DNA from: an uncultured candidate division Zixibacteria bacterium
GTDB taxonomy: Bacteria; Zixibacteria; MSB-5A5; UBA10806; 4484-95
Assembly (NCBI GenBank): GCA_963668625.2
Contig: CAXXKA010000006.1
Coordinates: 416,001 to 480,000 of the forward strand
Length of the DNA stretch: 64,000 nt
Direction of reading: 5' to 3'
Shown: positions 19,581 through 29,717 of the stretch, in pieces
Numbering within the stretch: the stretch's first letter is position 1
Layout of the letters: every line of letters starts with the position of its first letter
Program-made: the position numbers and the translations under genes
The notes under the pieces: model-generated
Seen by the model: only the letters and a program-made list of their open reading frames with translations
Database searches by the model: none
What the model was told of the DNA's origin: nothing

Positions 19581-20621
19581 TCATTTATCTTTATTTTTGA
19601 AATCCTCGATAGCGATTTCACATATTCTCTCTAATAACCGGGGAAAGTCCATTCCGGTTGCCTTGGCGGCTTTCGGTACCAGCGAATGCGAGGTCATACC
19701 AGGCAGAGTATTTGCCTCCAGGCAGTAGAAATTATCATTATCATCGAGGCGATAATCGACTCGCCCGAAACCGTTGCAGTTAAGTGTACGGAAAGCCTGC
19801 AATCCTGATTCCTGTATTTTTCGGGCCAGGTGATTATCCAGCTTAGCGGGGCAGATATACTCGGTCCTGCCATCGGTATATTTGTGCTCGTAATCGTATA
19901 ATCCGCTTTCGGGACGGCACTCGGCCAACGGCAATGCCTCATCACCAAGAATAGCTACGGTGAGTTCTCGGCCTGCTATGAATTTCTCCACGAGAAGCAA
20001 ACTGTCATACTCATATCCGAATGTAAGCGCGCTTTTAATCTCGGACATGTTTTTAACCAGTGACAAGCCTACCGAGGAGCCCTGCCTGACCGGTTTAAAT
20101 ATCACAGGATAATCCATACGTGATTTAATTTTGATATCTATGGCCGAGACATCAGAGTCTTTACCCCGCTGCAACAGGAAGAATTCCGGTGTGGGTATGT
20201 TATCAGCCATGAATAATTTCTTGGTGATAAGTTTATCTAAAGCCATTGCCGAACCCAGCACGCCCGAGCCGGTGTAGGGAATGCCCGCTAAATCGAGTAT
20301 TGCCTGGATGGTGCCGTCCTCGCCAACACCACCGTGCAGCACCAGGAAGATAACATCAACCTGTTTCAGCGGCTCGGCTTTTATCGCCTCTATTATCATC
20401 TTATCCGAGAAACTTTTAAGGTTTTCGCTTCGTGGAGGTAGTTGATTAACCTCGGCAATTGCCGTAATCCGCTCATCCGATAACGGCTCGTAACCGAACG
20501 CCGGGTCTACCGGGATAACGCCGTGCCCGGCCTGGCGAAGCCCCTGTACTACGGCGGCCCCGGAAACCAGGGATACCTCGCGCTCGGCTGAGGTTCCGCC
20601 CATGAAAACAGCTATTTTCAT
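19581..20621 (-). CDS. ddl: D-alanine--D-alanine ligase
   Basis: GGTSAEREVSL, LHGGVGEDG, GSSVG, YDYEHKY, LEANTLPG. Confidence 0.97.
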   Translation of the reverse strand: MKIAVFMGGTSAEREVSLVSGAAVVQGLRQAGHGVIPVDPAFGYEPLSDERITAIAEVNQLPPRSENLKSFSDKMIIEAIKAEPLKQVDVIFLVLHGGVGEDGTIQAILDLAGIPYTGSGVLGSAMALDKLITKKLFMADNIPTPEFFLLQRGKDSDVSAIDIKIKSRMDYPVIFKPVRQGSSVGLSLVKNMSEIKSALTFGYEYDSLLLVEKFIAGRELTVAILGDEALPLAECRPESGLYDYEHKYTDGRTEYICPAKLDNHLARKIQESGLQAFRTLNCNGFGRVDYRLDDNDNFYCLEANTLPGMTSHSLVPKAAKATGMDFPRLLERICEIAIEDFKNKDK

Positions 20622-21229
20622 TTGACCTTCCTATTTTTCAGGTAAATGATAACAAGCCACACTACGAGTATTAAACTCATAATTGATACCAGTAAAATAT
20701 TGAAATGTTTGATAAATTCAATCAATTTCTGCCAGTTGGATTTCACCAGGTACATACCGCCGATAAGCGTGAAATACCAGATCATGAAACTTACCAGTGA
20801 CAGCCCGGTCATACGGGCGACAGGTACCTTGCCGATTCCGGCGGTGATCGCGATTAACGACCTGAGACCGGGGATAAACCTCGAGGCCAGCAACACCGAG
20901 TATCCCCATTTTGCAAACCAGCGCTCGATGCGTTCCATATTTTCCGGCTTGAAATAGGAATTATTATATTTCTGAAAAAATGCCCGTCCCCGGGTATAAC
21001 CTAAATAGTAAAGCACCATCGCCCCCGAAAGTCCGCCGACTGTTGCCGAAAGAAAGACGAACAAATAATCGAGATCACCGGTGCCTGCCATAAACGCTCC
21101 CGCCAGATAAATCAAATCGCTGGGCCAGGGGGGGAACACGTTTTCTATGAATGTTGACATACCTATTATCGCGTAGATCGCGATAGCCTGTTTGGTTGCC
21201 AGGTATAATAGTATCTCCTCGAAACTCAT
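20618..21229 (-). CDS. DedA family membrane protein
   Basis: ENVFPPWPSD, YYLG, RFIPGLR. Confidence 0.92.
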   Translation of the reverse strand: MSFEEILLYLATKQAIAIYAIIGMSTFIENVFPPWPSDLIYLAGAFMAGTGDLDYLFVFLSATVGGLSGAMVLYYLGYTRGRAFFQKYNNSYFKPENMERIERWFAKWGYSVLLASRFIPGLRSLIAITAGIGKVPVARMTGLSLVSFMIWYFTLIGGMYLVKSNWQKLIEFIKHFNILLVSIMSLILVVWLVIIYLKNRKVK

Positions 21230-21720
21230 AATCGCTCGTATATGGTTGCGATTGCCAGGGCGGCGATGCCCTCTTTACGGCCGGTGAATCCCATCATTTC
21301 GGTGGTTTTACCTTTTATGTTTATTTGATCTAATTCTATCATCAGTATTTTGCTGATGTTTAATTTCATTTGATCTGAATAGCTAGATATTTTAGGTTTT
21401 TCGGTAATAACGGTAATATCGATGTTGCCGATTGCTTTGTTACCGGCATTTAATCCGCGGTAAACATCCTCTAATATTTTAATGCTGGAAATGTCTTTAT
21501 TGGCCGGATCGGTATCGGGGAACATCATACCGATATCGCCCATACCGGCTGCGCCTAACAATGCATCGGCAATGGCGTGACAAACCACGTCGGCATCACT
21601 GTGACCGGCCAATCCCAGCGGAAAGTCTATCTCGACACCGCCGAGTATGAGCTTTCTGTCTTCAGCGAATTTGTGCGCATCAAAGCCGATTCCCGATCTT
21701 ATGCCTGAAAACGTTTTCAT
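21226..21720 (-). CDS. ispF: 2-C-methyl-D-erythritol 2,4-cyclodiphosphate synthase
   Basis: GFDAH, HSDADV, GDIG..FPD, KTTE.MGFTGR.EG. Confidence 0.98.
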   Translation of the reverse strand: MKTFSGIRSGIGFDAHKFAEDRKLILGGVEIDFPLGLAGHSDADVVCHAIADALLGAAGMGDIGMMFPDTDPANKDISSIKILEDVYRGLNAGNKAIGNIDITVITEKPKISSYSDQMKLNISKILMIELDQINIKGKTTEMMGFTGRKEGIAALAIATIYERL

Positions 21721-22403
21721 CTCATCAACTCCTTTGCCAGTATCAAATCCTCCGGTGTGGTGATCTTGATATTATCATACGAACCCTCGACTACTTTCAC
21801 CGGCAAGCCATATCGTTCGGCCAGGGAAGCGTCATCGCTGGCATCGGTTTCCGCCTCGGCCGCTTTTTTATGAATCTCGAAGATGGTTTGAAACTGGAAT
21901 ACCTGCGGGGTTTGTGCCAGGTATATATTATCACGGGGAAGAGTCTTACAGAACATATCATCATTAACATATTTGACCGTCTCTTTGGCTTTGATAGCCG
22001 GTATCGCTCCCCGTGTTTCGTTAACCTGCTCGAAAAGTGTCTCTATGAGGGTGTTGGATACTATCGGGCGTACGCCATCGTGTATTGCCACTATATCAGT
22101 AGTACGCGGACAGGCGGTTAAGCCGGCCAGCACCGACTCCTGCCGGTTCTCTCCGGCGGTAGTGATTTTGTTTATCTTCTTGAACCCGTATTTATCGACT
22201 ATCGCCTGCGAGGCGTAAGCCAGGTAATCCTGGTGCACCACCAGGATGATTTCATCTATAAGTCGGCTGCGTTCGAACGGTGTTATTGCCCAGGCTAAAA
22301 TCGGCTTGCCGTGAATATCGAGATACTGCTTGGGCATATCGGCGCCCATCCTGGTACCGGTTCCGCCGGCTACTATCACCGCCAGGTTTCGACGTGTTTT
22401 CAT
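21717..22403 (-). CDS. ispD: 2-C-methyl-D-erythritol 4-phosphate cytidylyltransferase
   Basis: AGGTGTRM..PKQY, RQESV, IHDGVRP, QTPQ, NIKITTPEDL. Confidence 0.97.
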   Translation of the reverse strand: MKTRRNLAVIVAGGTGTRMGADMPKQYLDIHGKPILAWAITPFERSRLIDEIILVVHQDYLAYASQAIVDKYGFKKINKITTAGENRQESVLAGLTACPRTTDIVAIHDGVRPIVSNTLIETLFEQVNETRGAIPAIKAKETVKYVNDDMFCKTLPRDNIYLAQTPQVFQFQTIFEIHKKAAEAETDASDDASLAERYGLPVKVVEGSYDNIKITTPEDLILAKELMR

Positions 22404-23443
22404 AATATCAACATAGCATCACCGTAACTATAGAAACGGTAATCTCTCTCCATAGCTTCTTTATATGCCGCCATGATAGTATCTTTATCCGCCAGCGCCG
22501 AGACCAATAAAAGCAAAGTCGATTTTGGCAGATGGAAATTGGTCAACAGGCAATCCACCACTTTATATTCATAGGGCGGATAAATAAATTTATCGGTATA
22601 TCGTCCGGGAGTAGCCTCAAGCTTGCCGGTCTCGATGTCATAGGCGCTTTCCAGTGAGCGAACGCTGGTAGTGCCTACGCCTATGATTCGCCTGTTTTCG
22701 GCTTTAGCTTTGTTTATCGTATTCGCCGTAACCTCCGGGATGGAGAAATACTCCTCCTCCATTTTGTGAAGAGCCGCGTCCTGAACCGTTATCGGTCTGA
22801 ATGTTCCCAGCCCGGGGTGAAGCGTGACGTAAACTATCTCGACGCCCAGCTTTCGCAGGCGATCGAAAATCTCCTCGGTGAAATGGAATCCGGCCGTGGG
22901 CGCGGCAACGGCTCCGACATTCTGCGCGTACACGGTTTGGTAGGTGCTCTTGTCTTTCTCTTCCGGGTCGCGCGCGATATATGGCGGTAGAGGCACCTCG
23001 CCGTAACGCCAGATCAGCTCCATGAAATCATCATCACAGGTAAATGTCACTACCCGGCCACCGGCCTCGGTACGCTCGCCAAGATGGGCAGTCATCTTGC
23101 CCTCGGCCAGATCGACTATGGTACCTGGCTGTAATCGTCTACCGGGACGAACCAGCGCTTCCCATTTAAGAGGCTCCAACTGACGTAGTAGAAATAATTC
23201 GACTTTACCGCCGGTGCCCTTTTTCTGGCCGTAAATTCGCGCCGGAAAAACTTTCGAGTTATTCAAAACGATAATGTCACCGTCTTTAAGGTAATCGGTG
23301 ATATTATCAAAGCTGCGATGATCGAACGCGCCTTTTTCCCTGTCCACCACCAGCATCTTCGAGGAGTTGCGCGGCTCGGCGGGGTAGAGAGCGATTTTCT
23401 CTCGGGGTAGATCGTAGTCGTATGTCGAAATATCTATTTTCAT
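22400..23443 (-). CDS. queA: S-adenosylmethionine:tRNA ribosyltransferase-isomerase
   Basis: PLPPYI, YQTVYA, AAPTAG.HF, TNFHLPKSTL, YRFYSYGDAM. Confidence 0.98.
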   Translation of the reverse strand: MKIDISTYDYDLPREKIALYPAEPRNSSKMLVVDREKGAFDHRSFDNITDYLKDGDIIVLNNSKVFPARIYGQKKGTGGKVELFLLRQLEPLKWEALVRPGRRLQPGTIVDLAEGKMTAHLGERTEAGGRVVTFTCDDDFMELIWRYGEVPLPPYIARDPEEKDKSTYQTVYAQNVGAVAAPTAGFHFTEEIFDRLRKLGVEIVYVTLHPGLGTFRPITVQDAALHKMEEEYFSIPEVTANTINKAKAENRRIIGVGTTSVRSLESAYDIETGKLEATPGRYTDKFIYPPYEYKVVDCLLTNFHLPKSTLLLLVSALADKDTIMAAYKEAMERDYRFYSYGDAMLIL

Positions 23444-23658
23444 TTTTTAAAGTACCTTATCAGATAAAATATGAGTGAAAGAACGATCGATAACAACAGG
23501 GAGGTGGCAATCGGAAAAGCCAATGTGTAATTCTTCTTCTTTATGATGATATCACCGGGCAAGCTTCCCAATCCGAGTTTTCCCCCTATAACGAACAAAG
23601 CGCCAATTGTAATCAGCGCCGCTCCGATTATCAGTAATACCTTTCCGATATCCGCCAT
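23440..23658 (-). CDS. DUF2905 small membrane protein
   Basis: LG.LPGDI...FPI.TS.LLS; usual position between ruvB and queA. Confidence 0.85.
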   Translation of the reverse strand: MADIGKVLLIIGAALITIGALFVIGGKLGLGSLPGDIIIKKKNYTLAFPIATSLLLSIVLSLIFYLIRYFKK

Positions 23659-23659
23659 C

Positions 23660-24682
23660 TTACAATAACGATTGCTGGTCACCGCTTTGCGGTTTTATGT
23701 TCAGATGCTTATACGCGGGCGCGCCGACAACCCGGCCGCGCTTGGTGCGTTTGATGAAGCCGATTTTCAACAGGAACGGTTCGACCATCTCCTCGATTGT
23801 ATCGACCTCCTCGTTGATTGTAGCCGCCAGCGCCTCGACACCAACCGGGCCGCCGGAGTAGTATTCGATGATAGTAGTGAGCAGCTTCCTGTCCAGGTTA
23901 TCCAGGCCGACCGGATCGACACCCTCCATATCGAGCGCCTTGTTAACGGAATCCAGATCGATTTTGCCGTTGCCTTTCACCTGGGCGAAATCACGTACTC
24001 GTCTCAGAAGCCTGTTGGCAATGCGCGGTGTGCCCCGGCTCCTGCGAGACATCTCGGCACAGGCCTCGTCATCTATCGAGACCTCGAATATTAATGCCGA
24101 ACGTTTGACTATCTCGGCCAGTTCCTCATCGGGGTAAAAATCCAGGTGATGGAATATCCCGAAACGGCTTCGCAATGGCGCGCTTAGAAGGCCCGCCCTG
24201 GTGGTAGCCCCGATTAACGTGAATTTTTTCAGGGGGACATTGATCACTCTCGCGTAAGCGCCTTTGTCCACCACGAAATCAACCTTATAGTCCTCCATGG
24301 CGGGGTATATGAATTCCTCCACCGAGGGCGCCAGGCGATGAATCTCATCTATGAAAAGTATATCTCCGGTGTCGAGATTGGTTAGTATGCCCATCAAGTC
24401 GCCGGTTCTCTGCAGGGATGGACCCGAGGTTACCACCAGGCGCGTGCCCATCTCGTTTGCCAGGATATGCGCCAGCGTGGTTTTGCCCAGCCCTGGCGGG
24501 CCGTAGAAAAGGATGTGCTCGTGAGGCTCGCTTCTTTGCTTGGCAGCCTCGAGTGAAACCGATAATTTCTCGATAGCCTGTCTTTGGCCTATGTACTCGT
24601 CTAGTTTGGATGGCCGAAGGGATACTATCGCTTGCTCGTCCTCATCGGAATAAGCCAGCGGTGTTACTACGCGTTCTCTCAT
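23660..24682 (-). CDS. ruvB: Holliday junction helicase RuvB
   Basis: LRP..L.EYIGQ, GPPGLGKTT, FIDEIHR, GATTR, RGTPRIA. Confidence 0.99.
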   Translation of the reverse strand: MRERVVTPLAYSDEDEQAIVSLRPSKLDEYIGQRQAIEKLSVSLEAAKQRSEPHEHILFYGPPGLGKTTLAHILANEMGTRLVVTSGPSLQRTGDLMGILTNLDTGDILFIDEIHRLAPSVEEFIYPAMEDYKVDFVVDKGAYARVINVPLKKFTLIGATTRAGLLSAPLRSRFGIFHHLDFYPDEELAEIVKRSALIFEVSIDDEACAEMSRRSRGTPRIANRLLRRVRDFAQVKGNGKIDLDSVNKALDMEGVDPVGLDNLDRKLLTTIIEYYSGGPVGVEALAATINEEVDTIEEMVEPFLLKIGFIKRTKRGRVVGAPAYKHLNIKPQSGDQQSLL

Positions 24683-24683
24683 G

Positions 24684-25313
24684 CTACATACTCATACCGG
24701 ATTGCTTGAAAATCTGTTCCAGCATATCCTCGGTCGATTTATATTTCTTGCCCGCGGCGATTGCCCGTTCGATCATGATTTTTGCCTCATTTTGAGGATA
24801 TTGCAGCTGCCTCAATATTTGAAGTACCTCGGCGGCGAAATCAGGCGGTTCGGCCGGTTTGGAAAGCGCTTTATCACCCTGAACCAGCGCGAATTTGGCT
24901 ACCCGTCCTTTTAGCTCGGCGATAATTTTTTCGGCCATGCGCGGGCCTATTCCGGGCAACTCCGTAAGTTTCTTCACATCCTCGGTCTCTATGGCTTTGG
25001 CAATGACGTTAATCGGCAGTATGAGTGATTTCAACGCTTTCTTGATTCCGAGTCCCGAGACATTCGTCATTATCGTGAAGAACTCTCTCTGCACGGTGTC
25101 CTCGAAACCTACCAACCGGGGGAACTGATTACCGATATTCGAGCCCTCGATATAATAAATAGTGTACAGGTGAATCTGTTCGCCGTTTGTTTTACTTTTC
25201 ATCCTGTCCAGCAGACTGGAGGGTAGCATGACATCGTATGTTAAACCGCTAACCTCGATAGAGACACGGTCGTTTTCTATCTGAATGAATTTTCCGCTAA
25301 TCTGAGAAATCAA
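24684..25313 (-). CDS. ruvA: Holliday junction DNA-binding subunit RuvA
   Basis: VSGLG.K.A, LPGIG.RMAEKII.ELK; probable TTG start right after ruvC stop. Confidence 0.93.
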   Translation of the reverse strand: MISQISGKFIQIENDRVSIEVSGLTYDVMLPSSLLDRMKSKTNGEQIHLYTIYYIEGSNIGNQFPRLVGFEDTVQREFFTIMTNVSGLGIKKALKSLILPINVIAKAIETEDVKKLTELPGIGPRMAEKIIAELKGRVAKFALVQGDKALSKPAEPPDFAAEVLQILRQLQYPQNEAKIMIERAIAAGKKYKSTEDMLEQIFKQSGMSM

Positions 25314-25314
25314 T

Positions 25315-25839
25315 TTAACGCTCCCCGTTTTCGAGATGGCTAATATGACAGAGGGCAACCGCCAGCGCGTCAGCGACATCGGCAGGTTCCGGTATTTTGG
25401 GCATGCCGAGTTTCGATTTTATCATCTGCTGCACCTGCATTTTGGAGGCTCGACCGTTGCCGGTAAGTGATTTTTTTATCATCGTGGCGGCGTAGCTTTT
25501 AACCGGCAAGCCGGCGTTGGCCGCACTGAGAAAGACCGCGCCCCTGGCATGTCCCATTATTATCGCTGTTTTCGGGTGACGGTAATGCGAATACAAATCC
25601 TCGATGATTACTATTTCAGGTTCGAACTCCGAGATAACCTCGTTAAGGCCGTCATGGATTTCTTTTATCCGCTGCTCCATAGCCGCTTTTCGATCCGTGC
25701 GGATACAGCCGGCCTCCAGAACTTCAATAGTACCGCCATCGTTTCTTAAAACGCCATAGCCGGTTATACCGAGACCGGGATCGACCCCGATATAAACCGG
25801 CTGTTTGGCTTTACGTGATTTTTGCCCGCCCGGGGGCAT
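25315..25839 (-). CDS. ruvC: Holliday junction resolvase RuvC
   Basis: GVDPG...TGYG, IE, GHARG, TGNGRA.K.QV, ADALAVALCH. Confidence 0.97.
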   Translation of the reverse strand: MPPGGQKSRKAKQPVYIGVDPGLGITGYGVLRNDGGTIEVLEAGCIRTDRKAAMEQRIKEIHDGLNEVISEFEPEIVIIEDLYSHYRHPKTAIIMGHARGAVFLSAANAGLPVKSYAATMIKKSLTGNGRASKMQVQQMIKSKLGMPKIPEPADVADALAVALCHISHLENGER

Positions 25840-25841
25840 AA

Positions 25842-26594
25842 TTATTCCGAAAGCTCCTCTAAGACACTCTCATCGATATCGAAATTGGCGTACACTTTTT
25901 GCACGTCCTCATGCTCTTCCAAAGCCTCGAATAAGCGGATCATCTGCTCGGCTTGCTTACCCTCGATCTTTACTGTCGATTGCGGCAGCATCGTCAACTC
26001 GGCGGCGCTCATCTCCACACCCTTTTCCTCCAGGGTACTTCTGACCACCTCCAGGTCGGTATACTCGGTGTAAATTTCATAGATACCGTTTTCGGAGGTG
26101 AAATCCGTGGCGCCGGATTCGATAGCCAGATCCATTAGCTCATCCTCCTGGCCCTTTTCCAATTCGACCGTGATGTATCCTTTCTTATCGAACATCCAGC
26201 CGACACAACCGGCCTCGCCCAGGCTACCGGCGCTTTTCGTAAACAGATGTCTTACCTCGGATACTGTCCGGTTTTTATTATCGGTTAGTACCTGCACCAG
26301 TACGGCAACTCCACCGGGTCCGTAACCCTCATAGTTGGCCTCCTCGTAAGTAGTGCCGGGAAGCTCGCCGGTACCTTTCTGGATGGCGCGCTTTATGTTG
26401 TCCGCAGGCATGTTGGCTGCTTTCGCGGTCGCGATAGCGGTTCTCAGACGGGGGTTCATTTCAGGATCGCCACTTCCGCCGTCACGGGCGGCGACAGTTA
26501 TCTCCTTAATCAGCTTGGTAAACACCTTACCGCGCTGGGCATCCAATTTGCCTTTCTTACGTTTAATAGTCGCCCATTTGCTATGACCGGACAT
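25842..26594 (-). CDS. yebC: YebC/PmpR family protein
   Basis: MSGHSKWATIK, YEGYGPGG, TDNKNRT, DVQKVYAN. Confidence 0.97.
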   Translation of the reverse strand: MSGHSKWATIKRKKGKLDAQRGKVFTKLIKEITVAARDGGSGDPEMNPRLRTAIATAKAANMPADNIKRAIQKGTGELPGTTYEEANYEGYGPGGVAVLVQVLTDNKNRTVSEVRHLFTKSAGSLGEAGCVGWMFDKKGYITVELEKGQEDELMDLAIESGATDFTSENGIYEIYTEYTDLEVVRSTLEEKGVEMSAAELTMLPQSTVKIEGKQAEQMIRLFEALEEHEDVQKVYANFDIDESVLEELSE

Positions 26595-26915
26595 ATTACC
26601 TCCGTAATTTTATCTGAATATCTTTTCAGTATAATTTATCAAAATCGGTCGTTCTTAGCAAGCGGATTTGTTAGGATATGATTGTCAAAGTAATGGATAG
26701 TTTTGAGCCGGGGCAATAAGCTTGATGTACCGGATATTGGTTTACCACAACGTAGGTCGGTATTCTGTAGTGAATAATGGTGGGCGGAGATACCTGGCAA
26801 TATCTTTTGGGATAGTCCGAGAACATTAGCTTGCCTACTCGTTAATGCAGAAAGGGATTTATCGCGGAAAAAGGAATATACAATACTTAATGATAAAGAT
26901 ATCATAAAAAAGTGC

Positions 26916-26943
26916 TTGACAAAATAACATTTATATATATAAT
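26916..26943 (+). promoter_or_regulatory. Consensus sigma70 promoter
   Basis: TTGACA-N16-TATAAT facing the long 26.95-27.69 kb intergenic region. Confidence 0.55.
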
Positions 26944-27520
26944 GACATAAAGTAATTTGAGGTGAGAAATCACTAAGCGTAATAATAGTTGTATTGAAGT
27001 AATATTGACCCGCTAATGGCTTAGTTAAATCGATTGGCGTTTAGTTGTTTTCGCGATTTAATGGCTTAATATGGGTTAATTACTGATTTTCCCACCTTGA
27101 ATATTAAACAATATAGCGAATTTTAAAGGGGAGGCTAACCTGGTAAATTCAATACTTTTAGAGGGATTATTGGCTTTTTTTATAATCGCCGTTTACAATC
27201 AGAATGCTATTCCATCTCTCATAATGATTAATTTCTGGGAAAAGAAATTATAGTCCAAACAGCGGGGGCTGGTGATCATGTCTGGCTGGATGAAAGTATT
27301 ATTGGTGTTCAGGTATAATGATAATATGGCAAGAAGGGGGCTGCTATGTTTTATCTGATCGTATCTGCACCATTTTGGCATCCGTTTCAAGTGATGCTGG
27401 GAGTATTATTCATCCAGCCGGCTGGTCGCCGGAAGTATTATCTTGAAGACTGTAATTATGGAGAAATCTTTAATATGTGCCATTAATCCTTTATAACGTA
27501 ACAAGATACGAGAAATTAAC

Positions 27521-27535
27521 GGGCATGTTATTTGC
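27521..27535 (+). promoter_or_regulatory. Possible sigma54 promoter for 27689 gene
   Basis: GGGCATGTTATTTGC, GG-N10-GC. Confidence 0.45.
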
Positions 27536-27688
27536 ATTTTAGTTAAAACGAGGTTTAAGAAATTTATTATTACATAGTAACTTAGTTAAAAGGAAAACGG
27601 GGGTTAACTGAAAAACATTGCATAGTAATGTCTGATGTTTTCACTTTTTCCGCAAAACAAACTGTATTAGATAGACAGGAGAGAGGGA

Positions 27689-28747
27689 ATGAAGAGAATG
27701 GTAAAGTATGTAGTATTAGCTTTAATGATCGGTATGATGATTACCGGCTGCGAAAATAGCAACAATCCTGTAGAATTAGAGTCTCCCGGCTCATTAGCGT
27801 TGTGGGTATTACCCGATGGCGCCGTGTTCGAGTCTGCAACTTTGAATATCTACATTGCGATTCCCAGTAACCAGACCGTGAATGTCCACAGGGTAACATC
27901 CGCCTGGGATGAGGGCGCAGTGACCTGGAATAATTTCGGTGGCGCTTATGATGCCGCTATCGAGGATTCGTTCGAGTGTGATGCCAACGATTGGCGCAGT
28001 GTCGATTTGAGCGCGACAGTCATGGGCTGGATAAGCGGTGATTATACCGATTATGGCGTGTTGCTCGATCAAGAGATCATTCCATATCCGCGTGGTATTT
28101 ACCACAGCCGTGAAGCTTACATAAACGAGCCTTACCTGATGATTACCTACATGCTAAATGGTGATAGCGTAACCGAGTATATCATCGCCGAGGCGGATGC
28201 CTATATATCTCAGGCCGAGCCGGATATTAACTTCGGTTTCGAGACAACGTTATTTACCGGTTTTGCCGCAGACAACAACCTCGAGAAACAAAGCCTTCTC
28301 TGGTTCGATATTGAGGGCGAACCAGAGCCGGAGGGCTGCACCGGCACAATCGGTTACTGGAAGAATCACGCCGGCATGAAACATCAGGCCGACATGGTAA
28401 CGCCGCTACTGCCGATTTGGCTAGGCGATGCGGACGGCGACAAGAGCCTGTATATCGATACCGCCGAGATGGCCGTGGATGTATTGAAGATGAAAACCTA
28501 CGGCCGTAATTCCAACGGGGTCACCAAGCTTTACGCCCAGTTACTGGGCGCGAAACTCAACCTGGCCAATGGCGCCAGTGGTGATGATGTCGCTGATGCT
28601 ATCGCGGAAGTCGACGCGTTCCTGGCCATGTACGATTGGAACGACTGGGATGATTTAGATAATGATATGAGGGGTGAGGTCATCCAGCTTAAGGATATAT
28701 TTGATGATTACAACAATGGAGTAATTGGCCCCGGCCATTGTGACTAG
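27689..28747 (+). CDS. Lipoprotein with DNRLRE/CBM96-like domain (circularly permuted) and TIGYWKNH C-terminal domain
   Basis: Lipobox ITGC; W.E..VTWNN, YGVLL, SRE..P.L.I.Y, ADAYI..NFG, LLWFD; GCTGTIGYWKNH, AQLLGAKLN. Confidence 0.75.
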   Translation: MKRMVKYVVLALMIGMMITGCENSNNPVELESPGSLALWVLPDGAVFESATLNIYIAIPSNQTVNVHRVTSAWDEGAVTWNNFGGAYDAAIEDSFECDANDWRSVDLSATVMGWISGDYTDYGVLLDQEIIPYPRGIYHSREAYINEPYLMITYMLNGDSVTEYIIAEADAYISQAEPDINFGFETTLFTGFAADNNLEKQSLLWFDIEGEPEPEGCTGTIGYWKNHAGMKHQADMVTPLLPIWLGDADGDKSLYIDTAEMAVDVLKMKTYGRNSNGVTKLYAQLLGAKLNLANGASGDDVADAIAEVDAFLAMYDWNDWDDLDNDMRGEVIQLKDIFDDYNNGVIGPGHCD

Positions 28748-28801
28748 TAATCATCGTTTAACGTAATGTCGTAATTAAAACGGCATGAAAAACCGCCAGA
28801 G

Positions 28802-28830
28802 CCTGCCGGAGAGATCCGGCAGGTTTTTTT
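28802..28830 (+). terminator. Rho-independent terminator
   Basis: CCTGCCGGA/TCCGGCAGG followed by T7. Confidence 0.88.
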
Positions 28831-28868
28831 ACATTGAACTTTTATTTTATTGATATTAAATAATAAGT

Positions 28869-29696
28869 ATGAGGAATCTGTTCACATTGCTGATTTTACT
28901 AGTGTTGTGTATTTCAGTTTATTCGCAAGAATTAGTTTATCCATGGTTGACAGATAACGACTCTGCCTCAAGTCTAGTTAATCGCATAAACCCTCCTGAT
29001 GATTTCACGAGAATTTCTACCGAGTCTGGTAGTTTCTCTGAGTGGCTCCAAAACCTGCCTTTAAAGCCAGGCAATCCTCCAATCTATTATCATGATGGTA
29101 GAAAGAAATTCATGCAACTGGCTAATTTTGCGGTTATCGATATCGATATAGGCGAGAAGGACCTTCAGCAATGCGCCGATGCTGTCTTACGTCTACGGTG
29201 TGAGTATTTTTACTCGAAAAAGGATTATGACCTAATCGCCTTCAATTTTACCAGTGGTGATAAATTCTGCTATTCTGAATGGCTTGAGGGTAAAACTCCA
29301 GTTATAAAGGGCAATGTTGTACGATGGATCCAAAAAGGAAAACGAACTGATAATAGAGGTATTTTCAAAAAGTATCTGGAGATACTATTCACCTATGCAG
29401 GTTCATATTCATTAAGCAAAGAATTAAATACGGTTGATGATATAACCGATATGAGAATCGGTGATGTTTTCATAGAGGGCGGATTTCCGGGCCACGCCAT
29501 GATAGTGATTGATATGGCTGAAAATCGAGAGACGGGGGGAAAAGTCTTTCTGTTGGCTCAAAGTTATATGCCTGCCCAGAGTATTCATATAGTTAAAAGG
29601 CCGCTTTTAGGGGCATGGTTTAATCTCGATTTCGAGGGTAAGCTTCGGACACTGGAATGGGCATTCGATAAAGATGATCTGATGCGGTTCAAGTAA
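28869..29696 (+). CDS. DUF4846 family secreted protein
   Basis: DLQQCADA..RLR.EY, GG.PGHA, LLAQSYMPAQ. Confidence 0.85.
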   Translation: MRNLFTLLILLVLCISVYSQELVYPWLTDNDSASSLVNRINPPDDFTRISTESGSFSEWLQNLPLKPGNPPIYYHDGRKKFMQLANFAVIDIDIGEKDLQQCADAVLRLRCEYFYSKKDYDLIAFNFTSGDKFCYSEWLEGKTPVIKGNVVRWIQKGKRTDNRGIFKKYLEILFTYAGSYSLSKELNTVDDITDMRIGDVFIEGGFPGHAMIVIDMAENRETGGKVFLLAQSYMPAQSIHIVKRPLLGAWFNLDFEGKLRTLEWAFDKDDLMRFK

Positions 29697-29717
29697 TTAT
29701 CAGCTTGTTTAAACTAA

